From the NCBI RefSeq assembly GCF_000155895.1, contig NZ_DS995298.1:390001-422000 (forward strand): 32,000 nucleotides of DNA, written 5' to 3'. The DNA is from Candidatus Pelagibacter sp. HTCC7211 (GTDB taxonomy: Bacteria; Pseudomonadota; Alphaproteobacteria; Pelagibacterales; Pelagibacteraceae). Shown in pieces: positions 19,566-28,631 of the stretch. The position numbers and the translations under genes are program-made. The notes beneath the pieces are model-generated. The model saw only the letters and a program-made list of their open reading frames with translations, did not search any database and was not told the origin of the DNA. The stretch's first letter is position 1, and each line of letters starts with the position of its first letter.

Positions 19566-19754
19566 ATGATAAATAAATTAGCTAAATTAAAATTTCTACC
19601 AAATAATTTTGAAATCGTTGAAAATGGTGATCATGTAATTTGTGCAATATCAAAAAAAAAAATACCCTTAGAAAATTTAAATTACTGGAGCGTTGAAAAG
19701 CAGGAAGCTTACTATTCATATGTAGAGGCGGCAATTGAACGTGAAAAAAAATAA
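19566..19754 (+). CDS. Small conserved protein, DUF2093-like
   Basis: The 62 aa protein reads FEIVENGDHVICAISKKKIPLENLNYWSVEKQEAYYS. This resembles the alphaproteobacterial DUF2093 family (C-x-hydrophobic...L-x-YWSV-x-x-QEAY) from memory only. It is wedged 23 nt from the purD start and 4 nt from the lpxL stop. Confidence 0.5.
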   Translation: MINKLAKLKFLPNNFEIVENGDHVICAISKKKIPLENLNYWSVEKQEAYYSYVEAAIEREKK

Positions 19755-19758
19755 AGAT

Positions 19759-20619
19759 TTAATCTTTCCATCTATTGTGCGTCCAAATCCACTGATCTAT
19801 GTTTTTCAAAATCATTCTTTCCAATAAATCATTAAGAAATTTAGTTATTTCTATAATTGATTTTTTATTATTAATTTTAATTGGTTTTGAAATAAACATT
19901 TTAAAATAATTATTTCTTATTCTTTCAATATAAACTGGGACAAGCTCACAATTATATTTTTTAATAAGTTGAGCTGGAATCGTAGTAGTGGTTGCTAAAT
20001 GATTAAAAAAATTTACTTTTTCACCTTCTCTAACTCTCTGATCAATCATTATTGCAATTGATTTTCCATTTTTTACATTTTTAATTATTTCTCTACTGCC
20101 AGCTCTACCTTTTTTTATTTGATTTTTACAAATATTTTCGGTTCTAATTCTTTCCATTGTTCTATTCAAAAAAACATTATTAAGTGGTCTATAAATAGTA
20201 GCTAATTCAATTCCTGCTTTTTCAATTTGCATAGCCATAAGTTCAAAATTGTTAAAATGACCTGAAACAAAAATAGCTTTTTTTTTAAATTTTTTTAAAT
20301 AATTTAAATGCTCAATACCTTCAATTGAAATGTATTTTCTAAGTTTATCATTTCTAAAATTTTGTAGGTGAATATATTCTGCAAAAATTCTTCCATAATT
20401 TCCCAAAACATTAGATGCTATTTTTTTGAGATTTTCTTGCTTTTGAATATTTGCTTTTTCTAAATTATTAATAATTGATTTTTTAGATTTAAATAAAGGA
20501 CCGAAAATTATACCAATTTTAAATCCTAAATTTGATGAAAATTTATAACCAATTAACTTAAAAATAAAAAATAAAATCTTGATTAAAATATATTCAATAA
20601 AGTAGACTATTTTTCTCAT
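19759..20619 (-). CDS. lpxL: Lipid A biosynthesis late (lauroyl/myristoyl-type) acyltransferase, LpxL/HtrB family
   Basis: The 286 aa protein has an N-terminal membrane anchor and the acyltransferase HX4E motif (SGHFNNFE). It ends WIWTHNRWK, typical of the family, and is the last gene of the msbA-waaA-lpxK chain. Confidence 0.75.
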   Translation of the reverse strand: MRKIVYFIEYILIKILFFIFKLIGYKFSSNLGFKIGIIFGPLFKSKKSIINNLEKANIQKQENLKKIASNVLGNYGRIFAEYIHLQNFRNDKLRKYISIEGIEHLNYLKKFKKKAIFVSGHFNNFELMAMQIEKAGIELATIYRPLNNVFLNRTMERIRTENICKNQIKKGRAGSREIIKNVKNGKSIAIMIDQRVREGEKVNFFNHLATTTTIPAQLIKKYNCELVPVYIERIRNNYFKMFISKPIKINNKKSIIEITKFLNDLLERMILKNIDQWIWTHNRWKD

Positions 20620-21539
20620 AACTTAGATATTAAGAGTTTTTTAAATTTATTAATATCTTTAATTTTTAAAGTAGTTTTTAAAAATTTAATATTTTTTCTT
20701 TGTGATTTATCTAGCCGAAAAAAATCTTTTTCAGTAGTGACTAAAGAAAGATTCTTTTTTTTAGCTTTTAACTTTAATTGATTAAGTATTTTATTAGGTA
20801 TTTTATAGTGATCTGCGTAAATTATTTTTTCTTTTATCAAAAATTTATTCTTAATAAGAGTTTTTTCAAATTCATGAGGGTTACCAATCCCACAAAACAT
20901 TAGATATTTTTTTTTTAAATCAAAAGTTTTTAAATTTGAAGGTTTATATTTGCCTTCAAAAATTTGAAGATTTTTATTTATAGATTTTAGTTTTAAATTA
21001 AGATCTTTATTTTTTTTCTCCCCATTAATAAAAGCAATATCATAATTTTTTATCTGATTAATACTTTCTCTTAATGGCCCTGCTGGTAGTAAATATTCAT
21101 TTCCAAATCCCTCATCAGCATTAAAACAAATAATTTTCACACTATAATCAATATTTTTTTGTTGTAATCCATCATCAAGAATTGCCAGTTCAAATTTATT
21201 TTTTGATGCTAAATGTAATGATTCCTCTCTACTATTTTTAAAAATTACCTCACCTTTTGATTTTAATAAATTTATTTCATCTAAATGATCAGGATAATTT
21301 TTTTTTATAAATACAGTCTTAAATTTTTTTTTTAATAAATTTTGAATTTCAATAGCTAAAGATGTTTTTCCTGTACCACCTAAGTATGTGTTACCCACAC
21401 ATATTGTTTTAATTAAAAATTTTTTCTTTGAATTCAATTCTTTTAACTCATTAATTATTAAAGTAATTAGTGAGAGTGGGAAAAGAATTATAGAGATTAA
21501 ATTTTTAGAATTCCAAAATAAAGGTTTTACAAACTTCAT
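20616..21539 (-). CDS. lpxK: Tetraacyldisaccharide 4'-kinase
   Basis: The 307 aa protein has an N-terminal hydrophobic helix and a P-loop in the LpxK-typical context (VGNTYLGGTGKTS). DDGLQ and TTEKD motifs are present. Confidence 0.85.
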   Translation of the reverse strand: MKFVKPLFWNSKNLISIILFPLSLITLIINELKELNSKKKFLIKTICVGNTYLGGTGKTSLAIEIQNLLKKKFKTVFIKKNYPDHLDEINLLKSKGEVIFKNSREESLHLASKNKFELAILDDGLQQKNIDYSVKIICFNADEGFGNEYLLPAGPLRESINQIKNYDIAFINGEKKNKDLNLKLKSINKNLQIFEGKYKPSNLKTFDLKKKYLMFCGIGNPHEFEKTLIKNKFLIKEKIIYADHYKIPNKILNQLKLKAKKKNLSLVTTEKDFFRLDKSQRKNIKFLKTTLKIKDINKFKKLLISKL

Positions 21540-22774
21540 ATTATATACTTGTTAATATAAAGCAGATTTTTGTCTAGAATTTGCTGACCAATTTTAATTA
21601 TTTTTTTAATATTTTGGTTATTTTTTTTATGGTTCAACTTTTTTAAAATAATTTTTTCCATCTTTAAACTACTTGAGGTAGTTAACGACATTTTGCGCTT
21701 CATTAAAAATGAGTATATTTCCTTAAAATTATTCACATTTGGACCATTAATTATAAAATTACCAAATCTGGCTGGCTCTAAAGGGTTCTGACCTCCATGA
21801 GCAATCAGGGAGCCGCCTACAAAAGTTATATTGGTGAGATTATAAAATTTAGACGAAACTCCATAACTATCTACTAGAAATATATCAGTATCATCTTTTA
21901 TCTTAAGATTTGAGGAGTTGGTTATAGTTTTTAAACCAAGTTTATTCATGTCATCAATTATCTGAGACACTCTATTTATATGTCTTGGTATAATAATAGT
22001 AATAAGTTGTTTATAATTTTTTTTAAGATTTTTATGTAGTTTTCCTAAAAAAATTTCTTCATTTTTATGTGTACTAGCTGCACACCAGATCTTTGAGTTA
22101 TTAAATTTATTTTTCAAATGTTTGTCATTTATCCCCTCTACATTTTTTTCTCCATAATATTTAAGGTTGCCCGCAACCCTAATATTTTTAACCTGAAGTT
22201 GTTTTAGATATTTTAAAGTTTCTAGATTTGAAGGTAGAGCTAAAGTAATTTTATCAAATACTTCTTTAGCAAAACCAGGAAAAATTTGCCACCTATCAAG
22301 AGTTTTTTTAACTATTCTTGCATTTAAAATAATAATTGGAATTTTTTTTATCTTTAAATTTTTATACATGTTTGGCCATATTTCAGAATCTACAAAGATT
22401 GCTGTTTCTGGTTGCCAATAATTTATAAATCTTTTTGTTAAAAAATTATTATCTAAAGGAAAATAAACATGAAAAGTTTTTTTAAATCTTAATTTTTTAA
22501 ATATTTTTGCAGAACTAGTTGTTGTCGTTGTAACAATAATACTTTTAATTTTTTTATTTTTTTCCAATTTTTTAATTATTGGAACCACACTCATAAGTTC
22601 ACCAATACTTGCAGCATGTATCCAAACTTTATTTTTAGTTCTTTTTCGAGAATAAATACAAATTTTCTCTTTAAACCTTTGGGGATCCTCTTTTCCTTTT
22701 AATATTCTATAAATAAAAATAAGAGGCGAGATTATTACAGCCAAATTAGTTAGTATGGCGTACAAAAAATACAT
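21536..22774 (-). CDS. waaA: 3-deoxy-D-manno-octulosonic acid (Kdo) transferase
   Basis: About 412 aa with an N-terminal anchor. WIHAASIGE, the GGSL...GGQNPLEPA segment and overall GT30-family features are present. The track start at 22777 is a TTG directly followed by the ATG at 22774, which I prefer. The msbA TGA stop overlaps this ATG by 1 nt. Confidence 0.85.
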   Translation of the reverse strand: MYFLYAILTNLAVIISPLIFIYRILKGKEDPQRFKEKICIYSRKRTKNKVWIHAASIGELMSVVPIIKKLEKNKKIKSIIVTTTTTSSAKIFKKLRFKKTFHVYFPLDNNFLTKRFINYWQPETAIFVDSEIWPNMYKNLKIKKIPIIILNARIVKKTLDRWQIFPGFAKEVFDKITLALPSNLETLKYLKQLQVKNIRVAGNLKYYGEKNVEGINDKHLKNKFNNSKIWCAASTHKNEEIFLGKLHKNLKKNYKQLITIIIPRHINRVSQIIDDMNKLGLKTITNSSNLKIKDDTDIFLVDSYGVSSKFYNLTNITFVGGSLIAHGGQNPLEPARFGNFIINGPNVNNFKEIYSFLMKRKMSLTTSSSLKMEKIILKKLNHKKNNQNIKKIIKIGQQILDKNLLYINKYII

Positions 22775-24516
22775 CAATTTTGTTTTAATTGTCTTTGATA
22801 AAAATTTTTATAAATTTTAGAATTATTCAATAGATCATCGTGCTTTCCAGAGTCAACAATTTTACCATTATCAACAACATAAATATTATCCGAGTTAAGT
22901 ATTGTTGAAAGTCTATGGGCAATAACTATTGTTGTTTTATTTGTGGTTAGTTTATCTAATGCTTTTTGAATTTTTTCTTCTGTTTCAGAATCCAATGATG
23001 AGGTAGCCTCATCTAACAATATTATTCTACTATTTTTTAAAAAAGCTCTTGCTATTGATAATCTTTGTTTTTCTCCTCCAGAAAGTTTTACTCCATTTTC
23101 ACCAATCATAGTTTCATAGCCATTTTCTAAATTATTTATAAAATCATCACTCATAGATAATTTTGCAGCTGCTATAATATCTTCTTTATCAGCATTTGGT
23201 CTTGCATATTTTATATTATTAAAAACAGTATCATCAAATAATGTTGTATTTTGATCTACTATTGAAATTTGATTTCTAAGAGACACTAAATTCACTTTAG
23301 ATATATCCTGATTGTCAAAATATATATTTCCACTAGTTGGTAAATAAATTCTAGGTATCATATTTAATAATGTTGATTTTCCAGATCCACTATGACCAAC
23401 CAAAGCAGTCATTTTTCCACCAGTGAATTTAAGAGACATATCTTGTAGAACTTTGTTCTCAGGATTAGACTTATAAGCAAAATTAATTTTATCTAAAATA
23501 ATATTACCTTCTGTAATATTAATTTTTTCACCTTCTTCATTTATAGAAATTTCATTTTGATTATCTATTATTGGGAGAATTCTTTCAGCTGCTGCCAAAC
23601 CCTGTCCAATACCAACATTAACTTTTGTAAGTGTTTTGACAGGTTGATATGCCAACATCATAGCTGCTAAAAAAGAAAAAAAATTATTTATTCCCAATTC
23701 ATCATTAATTATCAATTTACCAGAATAAAATATGAGTATAGCAATCATTATACCTGTTAATATTTCCATAACTGGAGCAGATCTAATGTATACAGCATGT
23801 ATTTTTGCAGATTTTTCTTTGAGGTCGTTCACAAATTTTTCAGATCTTTTTTCCTCAAAATTTTCTCTTTGAAAAATTTTTATAATTTTATGATTTTTAA
23901 ACAAATCGATTAGATATCTGTTTAAATCTCCTGATTTCTCTTGAGCTTGAGTGGTGACTTTACCCATTCTTTTAGCAAGAATTTTTGCAGTAATTGATGC
24001 AAGAGGTATCATAAAAATTGCTATTAAAGATAATTTCCAATTTTGAAAAAACATTACAATAAGCAGACCTATTAAAGTTAGGCTATCTTTAAAAAGACTT
24101 AAAAGCGCATCAGCTAATAATATTGTTATCTGATTTACGTCAAAATTTAAATTTGAAATATATTTTCCTGAATGCTTGTTTTCAATAATTTCTGTATCAG
24201 CTTTAATAAAGGATCTTAACATATCAGTCTGCATCATTTTTTTAACTTCTTCAGATACATTGATCATTAATAATTTCGCAAAATAAAGGGACGTACCTTT
24301 TGCACTAAACGCAATTATGATTGCTATCGGAATTAATATAATTAAGGTTTGATCTTTATTAAGAAATATCTTCTCTATTGCAGGATCTAAAAGCCATGCT
24401 GTAGCTGAAGTACTTGCGGCTACTATTATTGAAAAAAAACCAGCTAGTAAAATTTTATCAATAAATTTACTAGTGTAGTTTTTAAAAAGTCTTTTTAAAA
24501 TTTTAATTTTTGACAT
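22774..24516 (-). CDS. msbA: Lipid A export ABC transporter (fused permease/ATPase), MsbA-like
   Basis: Six N-terminal transmembrane helices are followed by an ABC domain: Walker A GHSGSGKST, signature LSGGEKQR, Walker B ILLDEATSSLD, H-loop AHRL. The track start at 24537 is a TTG. The first ATG (MSKIKILKRLF) is at 24516, 4 nt after the ubiA stop, but either start is possible. Confidence 0.85.
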   Translation of the reverse strand: MSKIKILKRLFKNYTSKFIDKILLAGFFSIIVAASTSATAWLLDPAIEKIFLNKDQTLIILIPIAIIIAFSAKGTSLYFAKLLMINVSEEVKKMMQTDMLRSFIKADTEIIENKHSGKYISNLNFDVNQITILLADALLSLFKDSLTLIGLLIVMFFQNWKLSLIAIFMIPLASITAKILAKRMGKVTTQAQEKSGDLNRYLIDLFKNHKIIKIFQRENFEEKRSEKFVNDLKEKSAKIHAVYIRSAPVMEILTGIMIAILIFYSGKLIINDELGINNFFSFLAAMMLAYQPVKTLTKVNVGIGQGLAAAERILPIIDNQNEISINEEGEKINITEGNIILDKINFAYKSNPENKVLQDMSLKFTGGKMTALVGHSGSGKSTLLNMIPRIYLPTSGNIYFDNQDISKVNLVSLRNQISIVDQNTTLFDDTVFNNIKYARPNADKEDIIAAAKLSMSDDFINNLENGYETMIGENGVKLSGGEKQRLSIARAFLKNSRIILLDEATSSLDSETEEKIQKALDKLTTNKTTIVIAHRLSTILNSDNIYVVDNGKIVDSGKHDDLLNNSKIYKNFYQRQLKQN

Positions 24517-24520
24517 AGTT

Positions 24521-25387
24521 TTATAATAATTTTCCAATAAGAATGTTTATAAATATTATCATTCCTAAAAAATTATTACTTTTAAATTTATTTAGGCAAT
24601 CAGAGGGTGAATTAGTATTTAATCTTTTTATTTGAAATATCAACAAATGAAGAATTGGAAAAATCATAAATATAAAATAATAGTATTTAAAACTCATTAA
24701 TACTCCAATCAAAAATAGCGATATGATAAATATACAATATGAAATAAATAGAAATTTTTTTGGATCATTTTTAAATTTTATTGAAGTTGACTTTACACCT
24801 ATTATTTCATCATCTTTAATATCTTGAAATCCATAAATTGTGTCGTAGCCTAGTGTCCAAAATATGGCTCCTAAATAGAAAATGATTGGAATAATTGAAA
24901 TTTCATTAGCTATTGAGATCCAAGCAAGCACTAAACCATAGTTAAAGGTAATTCCAAGAAATAATTGAGGCCAATAGGTAATTCTCTTCATCAATGGATA
25001 CGTAAACGCTAGTGGCATTGAAATTAAAGCCATCAATATTGTAAGTTTGTTAAAATTTATTAGTACTAAAAAAGCAATTCCACATAAAATTAAAGCGTAT
25101 ATAGAAGCAAGTTTTACTGAAACTTTTCCAGAAGCAATTGGTCTTTTTTTAGTTCTCTCAACTTTTTTATCAAAATTTTTATCAGCAATATCATTTACAA
25201 TACATCCTGCAGATCGCATTAAAATAGAACCTGATAAGAAAAGTATAGAATAAAAAAAGTAATTGAATAAATTTGATTGAAAATTATAAACTAACGTTAA
25301 TCCCCAAAGACAAGGCCAAAACAAAAGCATAAAACCAATAGGCCTTTTCAACCTTGTTAGTTCTATAAATAGGTTTATTTGGTTCAT
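24521..25387 (-). CDS. ubiA: 4-hydroxybenzoate polyprenyltransferase
   Basis: The 288 aa protein is polytopic. The first Asp-rich motif is NDIADKNFDKKVERTKKRP and the second region is YGFQDIKDDEIIG. The N-terminus (RLKRPIGFMLLFWPCLWG) is typical of UbiA. Confidence 0.85.
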   Translation of the reverse strand: MNQINLFIELTRLKRPIGFMLLFWPCLWGLTLVYNFQSNLFNYFFYSILFLSGSILMRSAGCIVNDIADKNFDKKVERTKKRPIASGKVSVKLASIYALILCGIAFLVLINFNKLTILMALISMPLAFTYPLMKRITYWPQLFLGITFNYGLVLAWISIANEISIIPIIFYLGAIFWTLGYDTIYGFQDIKDDEIIGVKSTSIKFKNDPKKFLFISYCIFIISLFLIGVLMSFKYYYFIFMIFPILHLLIFQIKRLNTNSPSDCLNKFKSNNFLGMIIFINILIGKLL

Positions 25388-25436
25388 AATTTACTTGTAA
25401 ATAACAAAGGCTAGATTCATAATCAAACTGATTCGT

Positions 25437-25847
25437 ATGAATATAGATTACACAGTCACAGCACTAATGTTTCCAGCGATTCCTTTATTGATGGGTGTTT
25501 ATAGTAATAGATTTCATACTTTAAGTGGCCTAATTAGAAAAATTCACGATGCACATGTATTTGAAAAACACACACCACCTGAATGGAAAGCACAATTTAT
25601 AAATTTGAATAAAAGAATTAGCCTTTTAAAATTTACAATATTATTTGCTGCTTTTGGATTTCTCTTTAATATGCTGACAGTATTTGGTCTTTATTTGAAT
25701 GAAATATTTATAGCTAGATTAATTTTTGGATCTTGTTGTTTATCAATGATTATTTCAATTATTTTTTTTATAATAGAAATTCAAATTTCTACCCGAGCTT
25801 TACAACTTCATATGTCCGATATGGATATTGATCAAGAAATAATGTAG
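25437..25847 (+). CDS. Small membrane protein, DUF2721-like
   Basis: The 136 aa protein has three hydrophobic helices. The N-terminal pattern MFPAIPLLMGVYSNRFHTLSGLIRKIHD resembles DUF2721 from recollection, with no search run. Confidence 0.5.
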   Translation: MNIDYTVTALMFPAIPLLMGVYSNRFHTLSGLIRKIHDAHVFEKHTPPEWKAQFINLNKRISLLKFTILFAAFGFLFNMLTVFGLYLNEIFIARLIFGSCCLSMIISIIFFIIEIQISTRALQLHMSDMDIDQEIM

Positions 25848-26819
25848 TTATGGAAGTATAACCACTGGTCCAGTTAATAATCTTGCCTCTAAATCTTCAT
25901 GAGCTTTTTTTACTTCACTTAAAGAATATTTTTTAAATACTTCTACTTTTATTTTTCCTGATAAAATTGCATCAAAAACTTTTGCAGCTGAGTCTTCTAA
26001 TTCTTTTCTTGTTACTGTGTAGTGTGCTATCGAAGGTCTTGTAAAAAAAAGACCCTTAGCATTTATATGTTTTTTAATATCAAGTGTATGAACGTAGCCA
26101 GATGCATTTCCAAAAGCTACCATCATTCCTCTAATCTTTAAACATTCAATAGACCCTTCAAAAGTTTTTGTACCCACACCATCATAGACAACATCAATTC
26201 CATTTTTTCCTACTATTTTTTCAACTTCTTCAACAAAATTAGTATCAGTATAATTAATTACATGGTGACAGCCATTTTTTTTAGCAATAGCTTCTTTTTC
26301 TTTTGAACCAACAGTCCCAATTACAGTGCATCCAATTGCATTTGCCCACTGGCATAAAATTTGTCCAACACCACCAGCTGCAGCATGAAATAATACTTTA
26401 TCACCTTTCTTTGCTGCATAACTTCTATGAAGTAAGTATTCTGCTGTAATTCCTTTTAACACTATGCATGATGCAATTTCATTTGAAATTCCATCTGGAA
26501 CAATTACTAATTTTTCTTGTGGCATTATTTGTTTTTCTGAATAAGCACCTATAGGCATTGATGCATGACTTACTCTGTCTCCAACTTTAAACAAATCTAC
26601 TTCAGAGCCAATTTCTTCTATTATTCCACATGCTTCAAGCCCAATACCACTTGGAAGTGGGATGGGGTATAATCCCGTTCTGTGATAAACATCTATATAG
26701 TTTACAGCGATAGATAAATTTTTTATTAAGACCTCTTTTGGACCTGGTTTTCCAATTTCTACATCTGTTAACTCTAAAACTTCAGGACCACCAAATTTTT
26801 GTATTTGTATTGTTTTCAT
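25848..26819 (-). CDS. qor: NADPH:quinone oxidoreductase (zeta-crystallin-type MDR)
   Basis: The 323 aa protein starts GGPEVLEL, has the nucleotide-binding motif AAAGGVGQILCQWA, and shows the medium-chain dehydrogenase fold without zinc ligands. Confidence 0.85.
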   Translation of the reverse strand: MKTIQIQKFGGPEVLELTDVEIGKPGPKEVLIKNLSIAVNYIDVYHRTGLYPIPLPSGIGLEACGIIEEIGSEVDLFKVGDRVSHASMPIGAYSEKQIMPQEKLVIVPDGISNEIASCIVLKGITAEYLLHRSYAAKKGDKVLFHAAAGGVGQILCQWANAIGCTVIGTVGSKEKEAIAKKNGCHHVINYTDTNFVEEVEKIVGKNGIDVVYDGVGTKTFEGSIECLKIRGMMVAFGNASGYVHTLDIKKHINAKGLFFTRPSIAHYTVTRKELEDSAAKVFDAILSGKIKVEVFKKYSLSEVKKAHEDLEARLLTGPVVILP

Positions 26820-27655
26820 TATTTTACAAATGTATCATTATGATAATCTTGCACTGCTTGCAAGATTTCAGCTTTAGTATTCATTACAAAAGGTCCACCT
26901 CTTGCAATTTCTTCATTTATTGGCTTTCCAGAAATCACCAAGAACTTAGCATCTGATTTAGCTTTTACAGTTAAATCTTCACCCCTTGTTAATAGTATTA
27001 AAGTACTATCTTTAACATTGTTGTGTTTATTTTTACCAATTTCTAATTCACCATTAATTAAATAAATAAAACTATTATGAGTAGATGGTAATTTAAAATT
27101 AAACTCTTTATCTTTATTTAATTCAACATCAAAATAAACTGGCTCAACGTTATGACCTTTGACAGGGCCCTCGGCATTTTCAAATTTACCAGCTATTACT
27201 TTAACTTGTTTGTCCCCATCTTTATGAACACTCATTTTATCTGCATCAATATAAATATATTCAGGCTTACTCATCTTCAATTTAGCGGGCATATTTACCC
27301 ATAATTGAAAACCATGAAGTTTACCTTCTTTCATCGCTGGCATTTCAGAATGAATTATTCCACTACCTGTCTTCATCCATTGAACATCTCCAGCAGTCAT
27401 TCTTCCTTCACCACCAGTACTGTCTTTATGTTCAAAATCTCCTGCAAGCATGTAAGTTACAGTCTCAATACCTCTATGAGGGTGGGGTGGAAAACCAGCA
27501 ATGTAGTCTTCGCTATTTTCTGATCCAAACTCATCTAACATTAAAAATGGATCAAAGTAGTTTGGTTCAACACCAATACTTCTTTTTAATTTTACACCAG
27601 CACCATCTGATGCTGGAATTGGGTTAATTATTTTACTTACCTCTATATGCTTCAT
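26819..27655 (-). CDS. Pirin-family bicupin protein
   Basis: The 278 aa protein has the N-terminal cupin metal site GFPPHPHRGIETVTYMLAG...H.D, followed by GDVQWMKTGSGIIHSEMP, which is typical of pirins. Its stop overlaps the qor ATG by 1 nt (TAATG). Confidence 0.9.
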   Translation of the reverse strand: MKHIEVSKIINPIPASDGAGVKLKRSIGVEPNYFDPFLMLDEFGSENSEDYIAGFPPHPHRGIETVTYMLAGDFEHKDSTGGEGRMTAGDVQWMKTGSGIIHSEMPAMKEGKLHGFQLWVNMPAKLKMSKPEYIYIDADKMSVHKDGDKQVKVIAGKFENAEGPVKGHNVEPVYFDVELNKDKEFNFKLPSTHNSFIYLINGELEIGKNKHNNVKDSTLILLTRGEDLTVKAKSDAKFLVISGKPINEEIARGGPFVMNTKAEILQAVQDYHNDTFVK

Positions 27656-27691
27656 GACTTAGAAGTAGTTAATAAATTTCTAATTTCAATG

Positions 27692-27931
27692 TTACTTTTT
27701 ATTATGTGATCCATCACAAAAAGGCTGATTATCTGTTTGTTTACATGAACAAAAAAACTTCTTTTTAGTTTCTTCAGCTTTATATACGACTGAGTTAAAT
27801 TCAGTTCCTTTATGAGAGCCATCACAAAAAGGCTGATTTTTTGATTTGCCACATGCACACCAATAATAAGATTTACCTTTTTCTACTTCAACTGCAATTG
27901 CACTATTTCCTGCTCTTTGTCCTTTAGTCAT
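27692..27931 (-). CDS. Tandem CDGSH-type [2Fe-2S] domain protein
   Basis: The 79 aa protein contains two copies of the C-x-C-x2-(S/T)-x3-P-x-C-D-G-S-H signature: CACGKSKNQPFCDGSH and CSCKQTDNQPFCDGSH. Confidence 0.85.
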   Translation of the reverse strand: MTKGQRAGNSAIAVEVEKGKSYYWCACGKSKNQPFCDGSHKGTEFNSVVYKAEETKKKFFCSCKQTDNQPFCDGSHNKK

Positions 27932-27952
27932 TTTACCCTTTCGATTAAAAAA

Positions 27953-28615
27953 TTAAATTATATCAATTAATTTTTTTAAATTTTCAATTTCATTTTGAGG
28001 TTTATAATCAAGATTATCAAAAATATTATTATTTCTGTTTACCCAGATTGAATTATACCCATAATTTCCACCACCAGATACATCCCAAGTATTTGCACTT
28101 AAAAAAGCAACTTCATTTTTTTGAATTTTATATTTGTTAATTGGCATATCGTAAACCTTAGAGTCTGGTTTATAAATACCAACTTCTTCTATTGAAAAAA
28201 GATCATCAAATAAATTATCTAAATTATTAATTTTAACTAATTGATTAAGAAGGGCAGGTGTACCATTTGAAAGAATAGCAAGCTTAAAATTTTTTTCTTT
28301 AAGTAATTTTAAAACTTTAGGTACTTCTTCAAAAGGTGATAAAATTTTATAAAGATCTAATAATTCATTTCTCATCGAAGAGTCTATTTTGTAAGCTTTC
28401 ATAGACTTATCCAAACTATCTTCAGTCACTTGCCAAAAATCTTTATGTCTTTTCATTAAACTTCTAAGCCAAGTATATTCTAGCTGAGTGGTTCTCCAAT
28501 AATTTGCAAAACCTTCCCACTTATCACCAATTTTATCTTTACATTTTTCTGCAGCCGAGTTGACATCAAATAAAGTGCCATATGCATCAAAAATTATTGC
28601 TTTAATATTTTTCAT
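27953..28615 (-). CDS. Type II haloacid dehalogenase (L-2-haloacid dehalogenase family, HAD superfamily)
   Basis: The 220 aa protein has motif I IFDAYGTLFDV with the nucleophile Asp. It also has YWRTTQLEYTWLRSLM, ILSNGT, and SANTWDVSGG, all typical of the haloacid dehalogenase type II subfamily. Confidence 0.8.
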   Translation of the reverse strand: MKNIKAIIFDAYGTLFDVNSAAEKCKDKIGDKWEGFANYWRTTQLEYTWLRSLMKRHKDFWQVTEDSLDKSMKAYKIDSSMRNELLDLYKILSPFEEVPKVLKLLKEKNFKLAILSNGTPALLNQLVKINNLDNLFDDLFSIEEVGIYKPDSKVYDMPINKYKIQKNEVAFLSANTWDVSGGGNYGYNSIWVNRNNNIFDNLDYKPQNEIENLKKLIDII

Positions 28616-28631
28616 AAACTAATTTATCAAT

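Noticed and set aside
27652-27858. A 68-aa minus-strand ORF overlapping the CDGSH gene in another frame.
   Set aside because: The overlapping frame 27692-27931 carries two perfect CDGSH signatures, and the 68-aa product has none.
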